Assembly: GCF_009914755.1 (NCBI RefSeq)
Contig: NC_060932.1
Length of the DNA stretch: 64,000 nucleotides
Direction: 5' to 3' (one strand)
Source of the DNA: the human T2T-CHM13v2.0 reference genome, Homo sapiens
How positions within the stretch are numbered: position 1 is the first letter of the stretch; every line of letters starts with the position of its first letter. This document shows positions 31,271 through 50,366 of the stretch, in pieces. The notes below the pieces were generated by a model, which was not told the DNA's origin, did no database searches, and worked only from the letters and a program-made list of their open reading frames with translations. The position numbers and the translations under genes were made by a program.

Positions 31271-32011
31271 CAATGACCTAATCTCTCCTCCTCCCACAAA
31301 GGCACAGTCATCATTCCTTTGTGCCAGTCTGTGAGCTGAACACTCCTAGAGATGCAAAAAAAAGTCGCAGACAGGTTATAGTCTTCCAAACACCTGCATA
31401 GATTTATGTGGGCCCCTTAAAGAGATAATGATTTGTAGCAATAGAATTTTAGCCAGCTGGGCATTTATTGTTTAAGTGTGTCAAGTAGCAGAGTGTTTTG
31501 AATGTCAATGATTAGCTTACTTCCACCCAGAGTTTAGACACTTACTTCATGTGTTTGTTTGGAGATCAAGGCCTGCGATACCAAAAAAGGAAATGGAACA
31601 TAGTTCTCTCACGTGCTCAATCTAGAGAATTAGTTGGAGCTAGGGTCTGTCTAGTCTTTTTAAATGAGCTGTTGTATATACCTTTGCTTTTTAAAAAAGA
31701 AAAAGAGAAAGAAAAATCTACATAGCTACAACAGCAAGTGTTATTCAAATGAAATTAAGCATTTTTAAGCACTTTATGAACGGTATGGAACTCTACAAAT
31801 GTCTGGCAAGCTTCCACCCACACATTTGATTACCTTTCTTATTTTAGTGTGGGTTATAATCAAAGGTTTTAGGATTGTAAGAACGTAAGTCCCCCACCTG
31901 CACTGCGGATGCTTGAGAGACAACAGGGTATGTGTGCCTGGGAGTGCACAGACTCCAGGGCCTATGGGAAGAGGTCAAAAGGGAGATGTGGCACTTATGG
32001 GCTGCCATTAG

Positions 32012-32473
<462 letters not shown>

Positions 32474-33434
32474 TAAATGTAACCTCTGTGTCCCTGGTAT
32501 TTCCGAACTGTGGCCTACAACTGAAATCATACTGTCTTTGCACTCCAAAGACATTAATGCATGAGCCTTCCCTGGTGTAGTTACTAGAATGTGGCCCACA
32601 GTGCATCCCCATCCATTGCCTTACAGCTGTTCTCAGGTTTCTCAAGGTGCTACAATATATGTTATCAGGGACAAGTTTGGGGGTTTGCTTAGTTTTCACT
32701 TCTTGGCCTGCAGCCTTTGCTGCCCCTTATAACAGTGCTGCTCTTTGAGGCCATGCATCTCTGTCATCACAAGCAACCCTTCCCAGCCTCCAGGAGGGAT
32801 ACAGTCTCTTCAACTTCCCTTAGTACATCGGTATGTAATCTATAGTACATCTTTGCTCAGGCTCGTAGTAGGATTTTACAGAAGCCTTGGTCATAAACTA
32901 ACTTAATTCCCAACTGCTTTTAGAATTGGATGCCCTTAGAGTTTCAGGCTCAGACCCAACCTCTGCACCCTGGCCTAGTTTCCATAGATGTCCCCCAGTG
33001 CAAGGGCCCCCAGTGATCCCCAACACTTCAGAGCCCAAGCCCTGTTCAGTCTCCAAAAAAGGAAAAAGAGCCTGCTCTTCCTGCTCCAAAACCCCTGGAC
33101 CAACTCCTCTCTTCCTTGGATTAATTGATCATTGTTCCTTCTCTTTTGATGCCCTTCTCCCAACCAGGTACAATCTGACCCTCAGAGCTCAAGCATGACA
33201 ATCATAGCAGTCATGAGAACGTCCCAATGTCCGGTATATTTCATCTTTGATAACCACTCATATGGGCAATGGCAGCAGTGCAAGCTGCGTGAGCTTGGTC
33301 CAGCCATTTGCTCTCACATTCCTTCCTCCAGCCTGGAGGGAACAGATGTTCAGGGAAGCTTGTCCTTCCCAACTAAGCTGCTGATTGCTCCCAATTTTTC
33401 AAAAACTACTGTTTGTACAACAAAGTACACATAC

Positions 33435-33548
33435 CTCTCACGAGCAAAAATAATAATCTGCAAAGATTTGGGGAAAACCTTTTTCTATCTCTGCAGACTC
33501 AGGGTGAAGCATCTGCCCTTGGTTTCCTTTCCTGTGTTCCAAGTTTCC
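33435..33548 (-). pseudogene. Exon relic, 114 nt (GNLEHRKGNQGQMLHPESAEIEKGFPQIFADYYFCS*E, or ...VFPKSLQIIIFARE in an alternative frame)
   Basis: Acceptor gccccttgttctag; donor GAG|GTATGT. One stop in either of two frames. Confidence 0.45.
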
Positions 33549-33873
33549 CTAGAACAAGGGGCAGTTGTTTGCCTTATGATTTATCTTCCAAAAGGTCCTG
33601 CCAAACAGTCCCTCCTACCACAGGGGGACGCGCAACCCCCAAAATACTGTTTACATCTCCTAGTGTGGCAGTGTTTTACACATCAAAAGATATATTCCAG
33701 TGTCAATTGAGCGCCCTGTTATATTACATTAATGTTAAGATTTTAAGTAAATCTTTGTTCAACTTTTCAACTCAAACATACTATTCCAGAGTACAGCTCC
33801 TACCTTGTCTCAATCATATACACCTGCTGTGGCAGTTGTAGTAATGGATATTCCCCCATTTAAGACTACTTTA

Positions 33874-34173
<300 letters not shown>

Positions 34174-35460
34174 GATTATCTTACAGCACTATAGGGTGGG
34201 CGGCCATCCTGGGAGTTGGGCAAGGGGAACGTGGAAAGATTTACAAAGCATTAATATTCTTAAGGAAGATAATCTATTGGTTGATTTGCTAATGCCAGCA
34301 AGCCCATTCCTCCTCCCTCACCTCCCCGTGACTAAGAGCAACAAACAACAACTGTCTTTCCTTCCTTTATTGGCATAATTCTACATGAGCAATTGTATTA
34401 GCTGTTTAGCTAATGTGGTTGGCGTAACAAATAAAGCCTATTAAAACAAAAAACAATATCGTAGATCACTTGCAAGTGTAGATTGGCTTAATTGTTGTTT
34501 TCAGCAATCCCAGATTGACAAAGGGGGTTATAATTTAAGTTGTGCTGATGGCTTTTGTATTAGACAAAAGCTAGTGTTGATTTTAGTAGTTATTATTCTC
34601 CCCTGCAGTTTAAATTGCTTTTTTTACTAGGAGCAAAAGAGCAGTAGGAGAAAAACAATTCTAACCTTACATAAATGCAGTTCTACAAATAGATTATTTT
34701 CGCAGATTCTGGAACCACTGAGGGAGGCATAGTCACAGATCTAAGGAATTCTAGAATTCTGGAGATGTGGCCATAAATATAACAATCTAGTTTCCTTATT
34801 TGGTGCTTTTTAAACTGTCATACCCGTGCCCTGATTATGCAAAGAGGTACCGGGGACAAGAAACTATAAGATAAGATCCCCCAGAGTGACACTGGTACAG
34901 AACCTAACACAAGGTAAGGCCCTTGGGAAATATTTGTTGAATTAATGAACCCCCTAGCTAATCAGTTTTACTGGATGTTAAGTAATTTAAAATTTTTTTT
35001 TCCTATTAAAACAAACCTGCACAAAGAGTGAGCCTTAGTGTATCCAGATTTTTAAAAATCAGGAGGTGGAGGAACTCCAAGATGGAATGCAGAAAGTAAC
35101 AAAACAAATTTCACTGTATTGCAATCTCACTGTATTGTGATTTAACCATATTATGATCTAACTGTACTGTATGAAACAACCTCAGTGAAGGATGTTGGGG
35201 GAAAGGTGCCGGCCTTAGTAACTTTGGAAATGAGTGGAGTCTGTGAGACTAAAGGCAAAAGAAGCTGCACCTAAGCATTGCACTCTGGTTGATAAAGTAG
35301 TTACCTGTGGGGTATGAGTTAATAATTCAGATACTGCTGTACATGTATTCTGGAAATGAACAATTTAAGTAAATGAATGACAGATGGTGGGAGTTAGATT
35401 TATCATTGCTGAATGAGAGTTTAGCAAAGAGAGAAGGCTAGAAGAATCCATGTGTTAATG

Positions 35461-36279
<819 letters not shown>

Positions 36280-36992
36280 TTTTAATGGATTTCATTTGGA
36301 AACATTGTATGAAGATTAATTTAATATAGATACAAATGTATATGTACGGATGGAAATATTTTTAGATATGTTTCCTTGCTCCATCAGCTAAGAAGGACTA
36401 GAAGAAACAATTATCACACATACCTAGCAAGTGGATATTGGTTTCTAATGCCATTCACCAGTAAAAAAACACACAGGACTACTTGGAGAAATTGACTGAT
36501 TCTAGGACTGAGGCTAGAAATACTCAAGATCAGCCTGGAGTTTCTTATAGTGCCAGAAAGTAAGAAAGTGCTTGAAAAAAAAGAACCACAGAGTCCCACA
36601 ATAATAGGAGTATGTCAAAGACATGAAGGAGCCAACTGAAGGAGCTCTTAATGGCCAAAACTCGAAAAATTGGAGCAATGAAATAAAGTAAAGCAGAATT
36701 GGATTATAACCTAAAGTATAAAATAAGTATTCATAAGTCTATGCCAATAGAAATGATTGAATAAATAAATGAGGAAAAGGGGCAAATTTCCTGTGCAGAG
36801 AAATTCCAGCTGATTTATGTACTCCTCTCTCAAGTTGGAGTATAACACCTAACTTCTTAAGTGTCGGTTGGACTTAGTGACTTCCTTCAAAACTATACAG
36901 TATGAAAGGGGAAGGAAAAGGTAACTTTACCTGGAAAAAGCTGACACATGCTACCTCAGCCAGGAGATCAAGTTCAACATCAACAGTGATAA

Positions 36993-37251
<259 letters not shown>

Positions 37252-37431
37252 CATACTCTTGATATGATGTGCTGAGAGATGTACTTCGTCTGACCTCTTC
37301 CTCCTAAAAACCCACAACCCCAGTCTAACCATGAAAAAAATAGCAGTCAAATCCCAACTGAGAGACATCGTACAAAATACCTCACCATTCTTCAAAGTTA
37401 TCCAAAATAAGGAAAGTCTGAGTATCTGTTA

Positions 37432-37815
<384 letters not shown>

Positions 37816-38048
37816 GTGGTATCCTGAACCAGAAGAAGAATATTAGGTAAAAATAAAGGAAATCTGAATAAACTATAAACTTTAGTTAATATTATATCAA
37901 TATTGATACATTAATTATAACAAACATATTATACTAATGTAAGATGCTAATAATAGGGTGACCTGAGTACAGGGTATATGGCAACTTTCTACCCTATCCT
38001 TGTGATTTTTCTATAAATCTAAAACTATTATAAAATAAAAAGTGTTTA

Positions 38049-38306
<258 letters not shown>

Positions 38307-38557
38307 TTAGGATATGCCTTGACTCTTCAGTGGTGGCAACGTTTATGGTTCATAGAACAGCTTCTTAAACTTTGGACTTTGCCTGAGCTAACTCCAAGGA
38401 AACTTCAAGGATTTATGATCCTTTTGTTGTTTAAGGCGTGGAATAAAGCGAAAGACTTGGAGTTCTGTAATGATTAACCAAGATGTTTACATTATCCAGG
38501 TTTAGAAAGAACTTCATGTATAAAGAATTAAATCAATCACTTAACAGTAAGACTTAC

Positions 38558-38642
38558 TAAAATATTTTGTTTTTATAATTCATGAAAGTGATAAGTAAAG
38601 CTACTTTATTCTAGCAGTATTTTCTTGCTCACTTTTAAAGTC
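38558..38642 (-). pseudogene. Exon relic TLKVSKKILLE*SSFTYHFHEL*KQNIL
   Basis: Donor TTA|GTAAGT; weak acceptor cttccaaag. Phase 2->0, two stops. Confidence 0.35.
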
Positions 38643-39970
38643 CTTTGGAAGTTTATAATGACTGCATATATTTATTCAAATAATTCACTCAACCTCATTT
38701 CCCTCTTTTCACTTTTCTTTGCAAATCTAATATCCCAGGTAATTCTTGGGGATGAAAAATCTTATCCATTTAGTTTATATTTAATATAGATACTTAAAAG
38801 CCTTTTAAAATGTATTATACTTACTTTTCTTTATATAAGGCCCATCGTAGCTATTGTGTTATAACTTGTGTTTTAATCCTAAGTAAATCATACTTAGTTT
38901 TGAAAAAAAGTCTCATCAGACTAAATACATGTTCTATTTTGTTTAATAACATTATAGACATTATAAGTGAACTTTTTTCTCTCCTTCCTTCCTCCCTCCC
39001 TCCCTTCTCCGATCCTGCCTCTCTTCCTTCCTATTAAAATGCTTATTGAGCATCTGCTTTGGTTGGGATTTAGGAAAATCAATATAAATAACATATGGTT
39101 GGTATCAAGGAGCTCACAGTCTAGCACAAGAAGCAGATGAATGGGCAGATAATTACACCTCATATTATGATGAGGTTTAGGCTAGAGAAGTGCCAAGATA
39201 GGCATGATGAAACACAGGACAGAAAGCTGTTACTCAGACAAGGAGTCCTTTCTGTCCAGTCCCCTCCCCTCACAGAAAATGTGGCTGTCACTTTCAAGAG
39301 GTTGCCTCTTCTGCCCTGAGGTGCATCTGAAATGTGATCACTTCAATCAATTTCCAAATGCATCATATGTAATGGAATCAACCTTCTTTCTTACTATGTT
39401 CCAACTTCTCTTTGCAACATCTTCTACGAGTAAAAACTAAGATGTTTTGACAAATCCTTGTGAGGGTAATGAAATTCTTTCTGTTCTCCAGGTCCTTTCC
39501 ACATTAAATACATAAAGCAAAGTGGTTTAGAAAACTGATCAGGTTTGATGGCGTCATGTACTATTTAGCTAAATATTTGAATAGAAAGCCCGATTCTTTT
39601 AAAGGTTTAGAAAGCTAATGAAATAATTTTGAATATTTCTATAAAACTGTCTTCTCTGATAATATTTTGGCTTTTTAAAGTTGTTGGTGATTAGGGACGC
39701 CTGGTTTTCACAACAATCCAAAGTGATAAATAGCTATCAAGCCATAATCTGTTAGTGCTGGTCTCAATGACTGTCTCAGAAAAAGAATGTCCCCATTGTA
39801 ATGTTGCAAGGGGCAAAGTGGACGCATTTCAGAGGGTCTTAGTGTCACATTTACTTCAAAATGTGCTGAATATCATGGTCTCGTGTTATATTACTGTGTA
39901 AGGCAGTGCCTGCATCAATACACAAAACCTTATTATGTAGAATAGATAAGCACTACCAACAAATACTAAC

Positions 39971-40039
39971 GCTGACATATGAGCTGTTAAACTGTCTCTC
40001 AGCTCAGTCTTCCAGCCATCAAACTCTGCAGTAGACTTT
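39971..40039 (-). pseudogene. Exon relic KSTAEFDGWKTELRDSLTAHMS
   Basis: 69 nt open, phase 2->2. Acceptor atccttag; donor AGC|GTTAGT. Confidence 0.4.
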
Positions 40040-40166
40040 CTAAGGATTTCATGTAGAAAATGTTTTATTAAAATTCTTATTTATTACTTAATTCAGGACA
40101 GAGATAGTTTTAATTTGTGAACATTGGAAGAAAAAAATATGTTATTTATGTGTAAATTAGAAATAC

Positions 40167-40296
40167 CCCACCATGCTTTATTGAGTGTTTAAATCGTATC
40201 CTGCAGAGAGTCTGCTAATGCTGAATCTTAGTGGAAGATATTTATGCAAGTGCCAGGCCGACATCTGAACTCTCCTTTTGTGAGAGCCAACCATTT
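40167..40296 (-). pseudogene. Exon relic, 130 nt (reading frame uncertain)
   Basis: Strong acceptor tctctttcttttcag; weak donor GGG|GTATTT. Phase 1->2 with one TAA. Confidence 0.35.
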
Positions 40297-40596
40297 CTGA
40301 AAAGAAAGAGACTACTGCTTACACAAAGCACTTAGTATATTACCTGGCTTGAATAAACTGTGGGTGAAAGTCTGGGTGCAGTTTTGGTTTGTCAACAATA
40401 GTTTCACTAAATAAGGAAAGTCCTCAAGGCAGTTCTTTGATTCAACAGCACACTGGCAGATCATGCCTCAAATCAAATGTAGATAAGGAGAGCTCTGCGG
40501 AGGAGCTGTAACTGGCACCACCCAGGGTGAGCGCACCCTCCCCGGCATGTGGAGGAAAAACCTGATGCTGTTTCATACTGAGTAAGGTGCTGTTAC

Positions 40597-40704
40597 CAGA
40601 AGAAGAAACAGACAGGATTTGGGGCTTCACCGAGGTCCGTGATTCAATAGAAGACACTTCGTCAGTTACAGGGCTGGGCTTCATTCATCTCCCAGAACAC
40701 TGTT
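40597..40704 (-). pseudogene. Exon relic QCSGR*MKPSPVTDEVSSIESRTSVKPQILSVSSS
   Basis: 108 nt, phase 1->1. Acceptor cacttctgcag; donor CTG|GTAACA. One TGA. Confidence 0.4.
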
Positions 40705-40929
40705 CTGCAGAAGTGTGGTGGGTAGTAGGCTGAGGCAGGAATTACCTCCCGGGAAAGGCTATCCAGAACGCATGGCCAAGTGGCTGCCCAGGTCTCCAGA
40801 GCATTTGCTATTCTTCTTCCTTAACTTACCTCCTTTTCTCTTTTCTCCCCTTCAGTTTGTTGGGAGTAACCATTACTCATCCTTTATGATTCTAATCAGA
40901 CACCACCTGTGCCAGGAAATATTTCTTGT

Positions 40930-41477
<548 letters not shown>

Positions 41478-41481
41478 TTAC

Positions 41482-41741
41482 CACCTGCAGGGTGGGTGGG
41501 CGCCCCTTGAATTCTCTTTATGATGTTATTACTCCAGCAGTGCATGGCGATCGCAGTCACTACTTGAACATTTGTCCAGACAAAAACTTTAAAGAGAAGC
41601 GAGAATGTGATAATGAAGGGTGATGGGGAATTGGTCGGGAGGAGAATGATTTGCAAGACAGAATGCAGCCTGCTCTGAAATCACCAGTGTGGATTTCAGC
41701 ACAAGAGGAAAAAGATGAAGGCAAATGTAGTCACTCCCAGA
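41482..41741 (-). pseudogene. Exon relic(s): SGSDYICLHLFPLVLKSTLV... then frameshift to ...FVWTNVQVVTAIAMHCWSNNIIKRIQGAPTHPAG
   Basis: Strong acceptor ttcctcttctcttccag with 50 open codons in phase 0. Second acceptor at 41587-88; donor GTG|GTAACT. Confidence 0.35.
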
Positions 41742-42036
41742 CTGGAAGAGAAGAGGAACAGAGTGAGGACAGGAACAACTCTTCCTCTTGGAAGCAAAAG
41801 AGGAGTTATGACAAAATAAATCTCAACAGGGAGAAGGCTGGAGTGCCGGAAATATGTGTGCATGTGTACATATGTGTGGATACATGTGTATATAGACAGC
41901 ATATACATGACACTGAAAGTGTAAACAATTGTGCCAGCCATTCTTGGCATGTTTCCCTTTGCTTTCGAGAGGAATTTTCTGGGTATGCCATGACTGGCGT
42001 TAATTCAAATGAGATAATCCCAGCAGAAATACTTAC

Positions 42037-42216
42037 CAGGTCACTCCAAAACCCAGATAACATTCCAAGTTTTAAGGTAATTATTTCTGTCCTTCTCTCA
42101 GAGGTGATTAGGCCACACTACTACTTCCCAACCTTATCAAAAAAGAGATCCACGAGAAGTCTGTTACTCATGATACTGGCACTGTTAATAGATTCAGAAG
42201 GATCCTACTCAAGAAG
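42037..42216 (-). pseudogene. Exon relic LLE*DPSESINSASIMSNRLLVDLFFDKVGK**CGLITSERRTEIITLKLGMLSGFWSDL
   Basis: 180 nt, phase 0->0. Acceptor catccttatag; donor CTG|GTAAGT. Three TAG. Confidence 0.4.
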
Positions 42217-42261
42217 CTATAAGGATGACTAATTTTTGTTCAAATATGATAAACTGGGTCA

Positions 42262-42450
<189 letters not shown>

Positions 42451-42577
42451 CTAAATCTAATATTAGGGAAACCAACGTAAAGATAGCTATGTAAGAATGT
42501 GGCTCCTGATTAAAAAGAACATTACCTAGTCAAATTACTTGTGAGTTATTACTGTCACAATTTTCCCTATCATAGGT

Positions 42578-42740
42578 CAGAAGTCAGGAAACTTACTCTA
42601 GAAAGGGCCAGACAGTAAATATTTTCAGCTTTGCACACCGCACTGTCTCTGTCACCATGACTTAACTGTGCCATTGTCGTGTGAAAGCAGCCACAGGTAA
42701 TACACAAACAAATTTGTATGGCTGTGTTTCAATAAAATTG
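42578..42740 (+). mobile_element. MER58A-like hAT relic
   Basis: aaagggccagacagtaaatattttcagctttgc...tggctgtgtttcaataaaa. Confidence 0.8.
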
Positions 42741-42819
42741 TGGGAGTATAAGAAAGGGTTTCTAGCTCTTTGGGGTTTTTTAGTATCCTGTCTGCATTTT
42801 AGGCTGCAATAACATATAC

Positions 42820-43040
42820 AGGGTAAAGGATTTTGATCTAGGTAGGATCAGGATTTGAATGCTTGCTCTGCCCCTAATTAGCTTTGTGACACTGGGTGAT
42901 GTCATTTAACTTTCTATGCCTTGATTTCCTTATCAATAATATAGGTTAACACTGGTAGTTATGTCATTGGGTTGTTGTGGGAATTAAATACAATAGGTGT
43001 CAAGCACAGAGCATGGTAACTGCTTAATAATGTCATCTGT
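42820..43040 (+). mobile_element. MIR
   Basis: ggatttgaatgcttgctctgcccctaattagctttgtgacactggg. Confidence 0.75.
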
Positions 43041-43333
43041 GGGCAGGCACGTTCGCTGACACTCATAATCCCAGCATTGTGGGAGGCTAAGGAGGGAGAA
43101 TTGCTAGAGGCCAGGAGTTCCAGATCAGCCTAGGCAGGATAGCAAGACCCCCATATCTACAAAAAGTAAAAAAATTAGCCAGGCTTGGTTGCATGCGACT
43201 GTGGCCCCAGCTACTCAGGAGGCTCAGGTGGGAGGACTGCTTGAGCCCAGGAGTTTGAGGCTGTGGTGAGCTATGATTGCAGCACTGCACTGTAGCCTGA
43301 GTAACAGAACAAACCCTATAAAAATAATTAAAT
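43041..43333 (+). mobile_element. AluJ
   Basis: gagctatgattgcagcactg diagnostic. Confidence 0.92.
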
Positions 43334-43650
43334 AGCCGGGTACAGTGGCTCATGTCTGTAATCCCAGCATTTTGGGAGGCCGAGGCGAGCGAATCACTTG
43401 AAGCCAGGAGTTCGAGACCAACCTGGGCAACATGGTGAAACCGTGTCTCTACTAAAAATACAAAAATTAGCTGGGTGTCGTGGTACGTACCTGTAATTCC
43501 AGCTGCTTGAGAGGCTGAGGCATGAGAATTGCTTGAACCCAGGAGGAAGAGCTTGCACGGAGCCTAGATCGCACCACTGTACTCCAGCCTGGGCGACAGA
43601 GCAAGATTCCGTCTCAAAAAAAAAAAAAAAAATAAAATAAAATAAATAAA
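43334..43650 (+). mobile_element. AluS
   Basis: Full dimer. Confidence 0.93.
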
Positions 43651-43855
43651 TGTTATCTGTGACATGCATTTACAATGTCCTCAAAAATGCCACATTCATC
43701 ACCAAGAAAGCCAAGCACTGCCTCACCTGCCTGTGAACTCAGCAATTTTAAATTCTACAGAGTGATTCCCAACCATTATAAATGTTGGCTGCCTATAAGT
43801 TCTATACACGGACTAGCTCCTTCAGGGGCTCACCTAATGATTACTTTTAAGGTTA

Positions 43856-44236
<381 letters not shown>

Positions 44237-44361
44237 TTAAAATTAATGTAATGGTGTCATTTAATTGCACTTGCTCACAATTTCGTGTTCTCTTCCAGGG
44301 AACAAGGCTCTTTTGTCTTTGATTTTCCAATCAAACCAGAACATTTGCATTCTGGTTTGCC

Positions 44362-44962
44362 TCTTCTCCAAAGAATCACAACTCCTCGCCAGCAAGGGAG
44401 AAAAACTGGGCAGAGAATGAATTTAATGAGTTGACAGAAGTAGGCTTCAGAAAGTGGGTAATAACAAACTACTTCGAGCTAAAGGAGCATGTTCTAACCC
44501 AATGCAAGGAAGCTAAGAACCTTGACAAAAGGTTAGAGAAATTGCTAACTAGAATAACCAGTTTAGAGAAGAACATAAATGACCTGATGGAGCTGAAAAA
44601 CACAGCACGAGAGAGAGCTGGTGAGGCATACCCATGTATCAATAGCCAAATCGATCAAGCAGAAGAAAGGATATCAAAGATTGAAGATCAACGTAATGGA
44701 ATAAAGCATGAATACAAGATTAGAGAAAAAAGAATGAAAAGGAATGAACAAAGCCTCCAAGAAATATGGGACTCTGTGAAAAGACCAAACCTACGTTTGA
44801 TTGGTGTACCTGAAAGTGACGGGGAGAATGGAACCAAGTTGGAAAACACTCTTCAGGATATTATCCAGGAGAACTTCCCCAACGTAGCAAGACAGGCCAG
44901 CATTCAAATTCAGGAAATACAGAGAACACCACAAAGATACTCCTCGAGAAGAGCAACCCCAA
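44362..44962 (+). mobile_element. L1PA ORF1p internal fragment (coiled coil to RRM), frame open
   Basis: Translation RNEQSLQEIWDSVKRPNLRLIGVPESDGENGTKLENTLQDIIQENFPN is the L1 ORF1p signature. Confidence 0.97.
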
Positions 44963-45668
44963 TACAGCAAGCGCTTAGTAAACGTCTTCTGAAGGAATAC
45001 TCGTAACCGGATAGAATGGAGACGAGGAACCAATTTAAAATAAAAGTACCTGCCTGTGATTCCCAGCGTGTTTCCCAAGGCCATGGTTTCCCATTCTATA
45101 TCCAGACCCTTCCAGGGACAGGACTATTCTCAGAGCAAAGAGTCATTTTCTCTAGCTTCTTTGCAGTGATGAATAAAAGCCACTGTGGAACTCATTCTAT
45201 TCTCTCAGTAGTGAAGAAATGTCACTAGAAATGTAAGACATGTAACTGGCTAGATTTTTCTATAAACCCGACTAAAATTTTCTCTCATGCCCCTATTCAG
45301 TGGAAGAGATTTAAACCCAGCCAATTCCAGTTTTCTTCTTTCTTGCTTGCTCTGTCATTGTGTCTATAGCATTGTGGGAGCTGGGGTTCATCTAGTCCCT
45401 GGCTATTACATCTCCAAGCCACATCCCTGAGAGACGCATCATCTGGCCTGGCCCTGGTCACCAGGTGCACAGTCCATGTGTGCTGTGCTCCATTGCCATC
45501 TGGGCAATTCTCTCTGATGCATTGCCCTTTCTGCTCTGTCCCTCCTCCCCCCAGGCACCCAGAATCGACTCTGTCCTCTATGTTCCACCATCTTCCCTTC
45601 CATGGAGCATTAGGCATGGCTGTCTTAGGTGATTTAGAACATCCTAAATATGCAAACGAAACTCGTTA

Positions 45669-46010
<342 letters not shown>

Positions 46011-46369
46011 ATAATTAGTTAATTAAGATTAACTGGACAAGGGGAATGTACACCTGTGTACAAGCAGCCTATGCGACTGCCAGACACCATTTTGGGCCAA
46101 AGGGTAAAAGACATTGGGAAATAGATTGGGCTTGCCATATAAAACAAACAAACAAATAACCAAAACAAAAGAACTTGAAGCAATTAAAGCTATCCAAAAA
46201 TAAAAGTCGCTGCCTCTTTAGCTAGTGGTTTACTGGGCAGAAAATATTCAGCTGCAGTTCAATGCTTGCTTAGGCAGATGTTAGAGAAGAAACTTATGGG
46301 TAAGGGTTGGAATAAATTGTCTTTAATACTTTCTAAAATATAGAAGTTCTGCGATTTCTTAGGAAGGGT

Positions 46370-47217
<848 letters not shown>

Positions 47218-48134
47218 TCTGTGGTTCGCCACCATAACTCATTCCAGTTCCTACTTAGTTTTCCATGTCCTATCCACCCAGTAACGTTCAATAAGTCTGA
47301 TCAAGAAAACAGCTTTTGAGATTCTGAGATAAAAGGTGCTGTATCATTACCCAGGCTTTCTGCTTCCTTCTTCTCCACTCTCCCCGCTCCCATTTTCTTT
47401 CCTTCTTTTTTTCCCTCCACCTCCCCTTTTGCTGGGCAGAGAAAGAGGTTAGAGAAGGAAAGATAAGTTTCAACAGCAATAGGTTTGCAGCAGTGATATG
47501 GTAGCATGTTGCAACACTATTATGCCTGAGGCAAGTGTATCTAAAAGACAAGCTTTCTTAGATGCATGTTAACTATATAATAAATCAGCACTTCTGGATC
47601 TTAGAACTTTGATGTCTTTATAGAGATTTCTCTTCTCCCTTCTCAGGTAGGTAATTTTAAAAGTGAAGCCAAGTCTGATGTATTAAAGTTTGGCTCCCAA
47701 TTTCCTATAGGTAAAGTTTAAAAACCTTTTACATATGATTACTTACATCATTGCTTTATTGCAAAAGGGACTACTAGATCTCAGGCAATCATCCTGTTCT
47801 CTTCTGAGCCCTTCAGCTAAGAGTAGCTTTGCCAGTTAAGATGTGGACAAGAACCAGGGTTCTCGTCTCCACATGGAAAGTTACAGGCCTGGAATGACAA
47901 GTGCAGAAAGAGGGATACCTTTTGGAACACCTAGGACAAGGCTGCCCTCATAATGATTATATTTTAGAATGAATGCATTAGCTGAAAGGGCAGAAGAAAA
48001 TTCTTTAATTTCAAATCAAACTAAAAGTGCAATTGCTAACTGTTAAATGAGTAAGTTTTGATATGTTGCTTGATAAAACAAGGTTGATTTAATTTAACAA
48101 AAAAAAAACTTTCAAAATAAATTTTTGTTTTAAA

Positions 48135-48890
<756 letters not shown>

Positions 48891-49111
48891 TGAGCTCTGA
48901 AAACATGATGTAGGATGATGCAAATGTCCGCAAAGAGAGACAATGATTTCTAGCAAATGGTTTCAGCAGGGAAAAGATGGCAATTATGAATTACCAACCC
49001 CTCATGCTCTCCTGGAGCTCAATTCAACAAGGAAGGGCACTGAGCAACTGGTTGGAGAAGTAGGAGGAAGGGAAGTGACAGAGCACAACCCTGTTCTCTG
49101 TGCAATTCTAG

Positions 49112-49526
<415 letters not shown>

Positions 49527-49880
49527 TGAAGGTGTTGGACAGGTGATTCCCCCAGAAGAGAAGCCATGTTCTGTCTGGAACTTTCTTCATGGGTGTATTA
49601 AGTGGAGTTAGTTGTGTTTCCTTCTTTCTGTTTCTGGGCGGTGCCTTTTGGTGGTACATAAGAAAAAAGAAAAAATATATAAATATATAAAAAAATATAT
49701 ATATATATTTTAAAGGAGTCTTCTATTTGCCTTGAAGAGCTAACCAAAAAGGGGGGAGGGTGCCAGCATAAGTCAGCAAAGGAGTTTTAGGGCAGTGACG
49801 TGCCACTAAAAGTGCCAGCCAGTGTTTCATTTGGACTCAAAGCCAGCGAGAGGTAGCAGAAACAGCATGATTGAATCCTA

Positions 49881-50366
<486 letters not shown>

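Noticed and set aside
33195-33841. Overlapping 171-aa and 142-aa + strand ORFs
   Set aside because: No recognisable protein features or supporting gene structure. They lie antisense to a well-bounded - strand exon candidate.
41651-42232. 193-aa + strand ORF
   Set aside because: Non-ATG start, runs through TG/TA low-complexity DNA and has no recognisable domain. The splice signals here favour the - strand.
44431-45006. L1 ORF1 ORF as a host CDS
   Set aside because: A transposon fragment with a TTG start and no promoter or transcript evidence. Kept as a mobile element.
47351-47431. Purine-rich 81-nt - strand exon candidate after a strong acceptor
   Set aside because: Weak donor, and the open frame is explained by low complexity.
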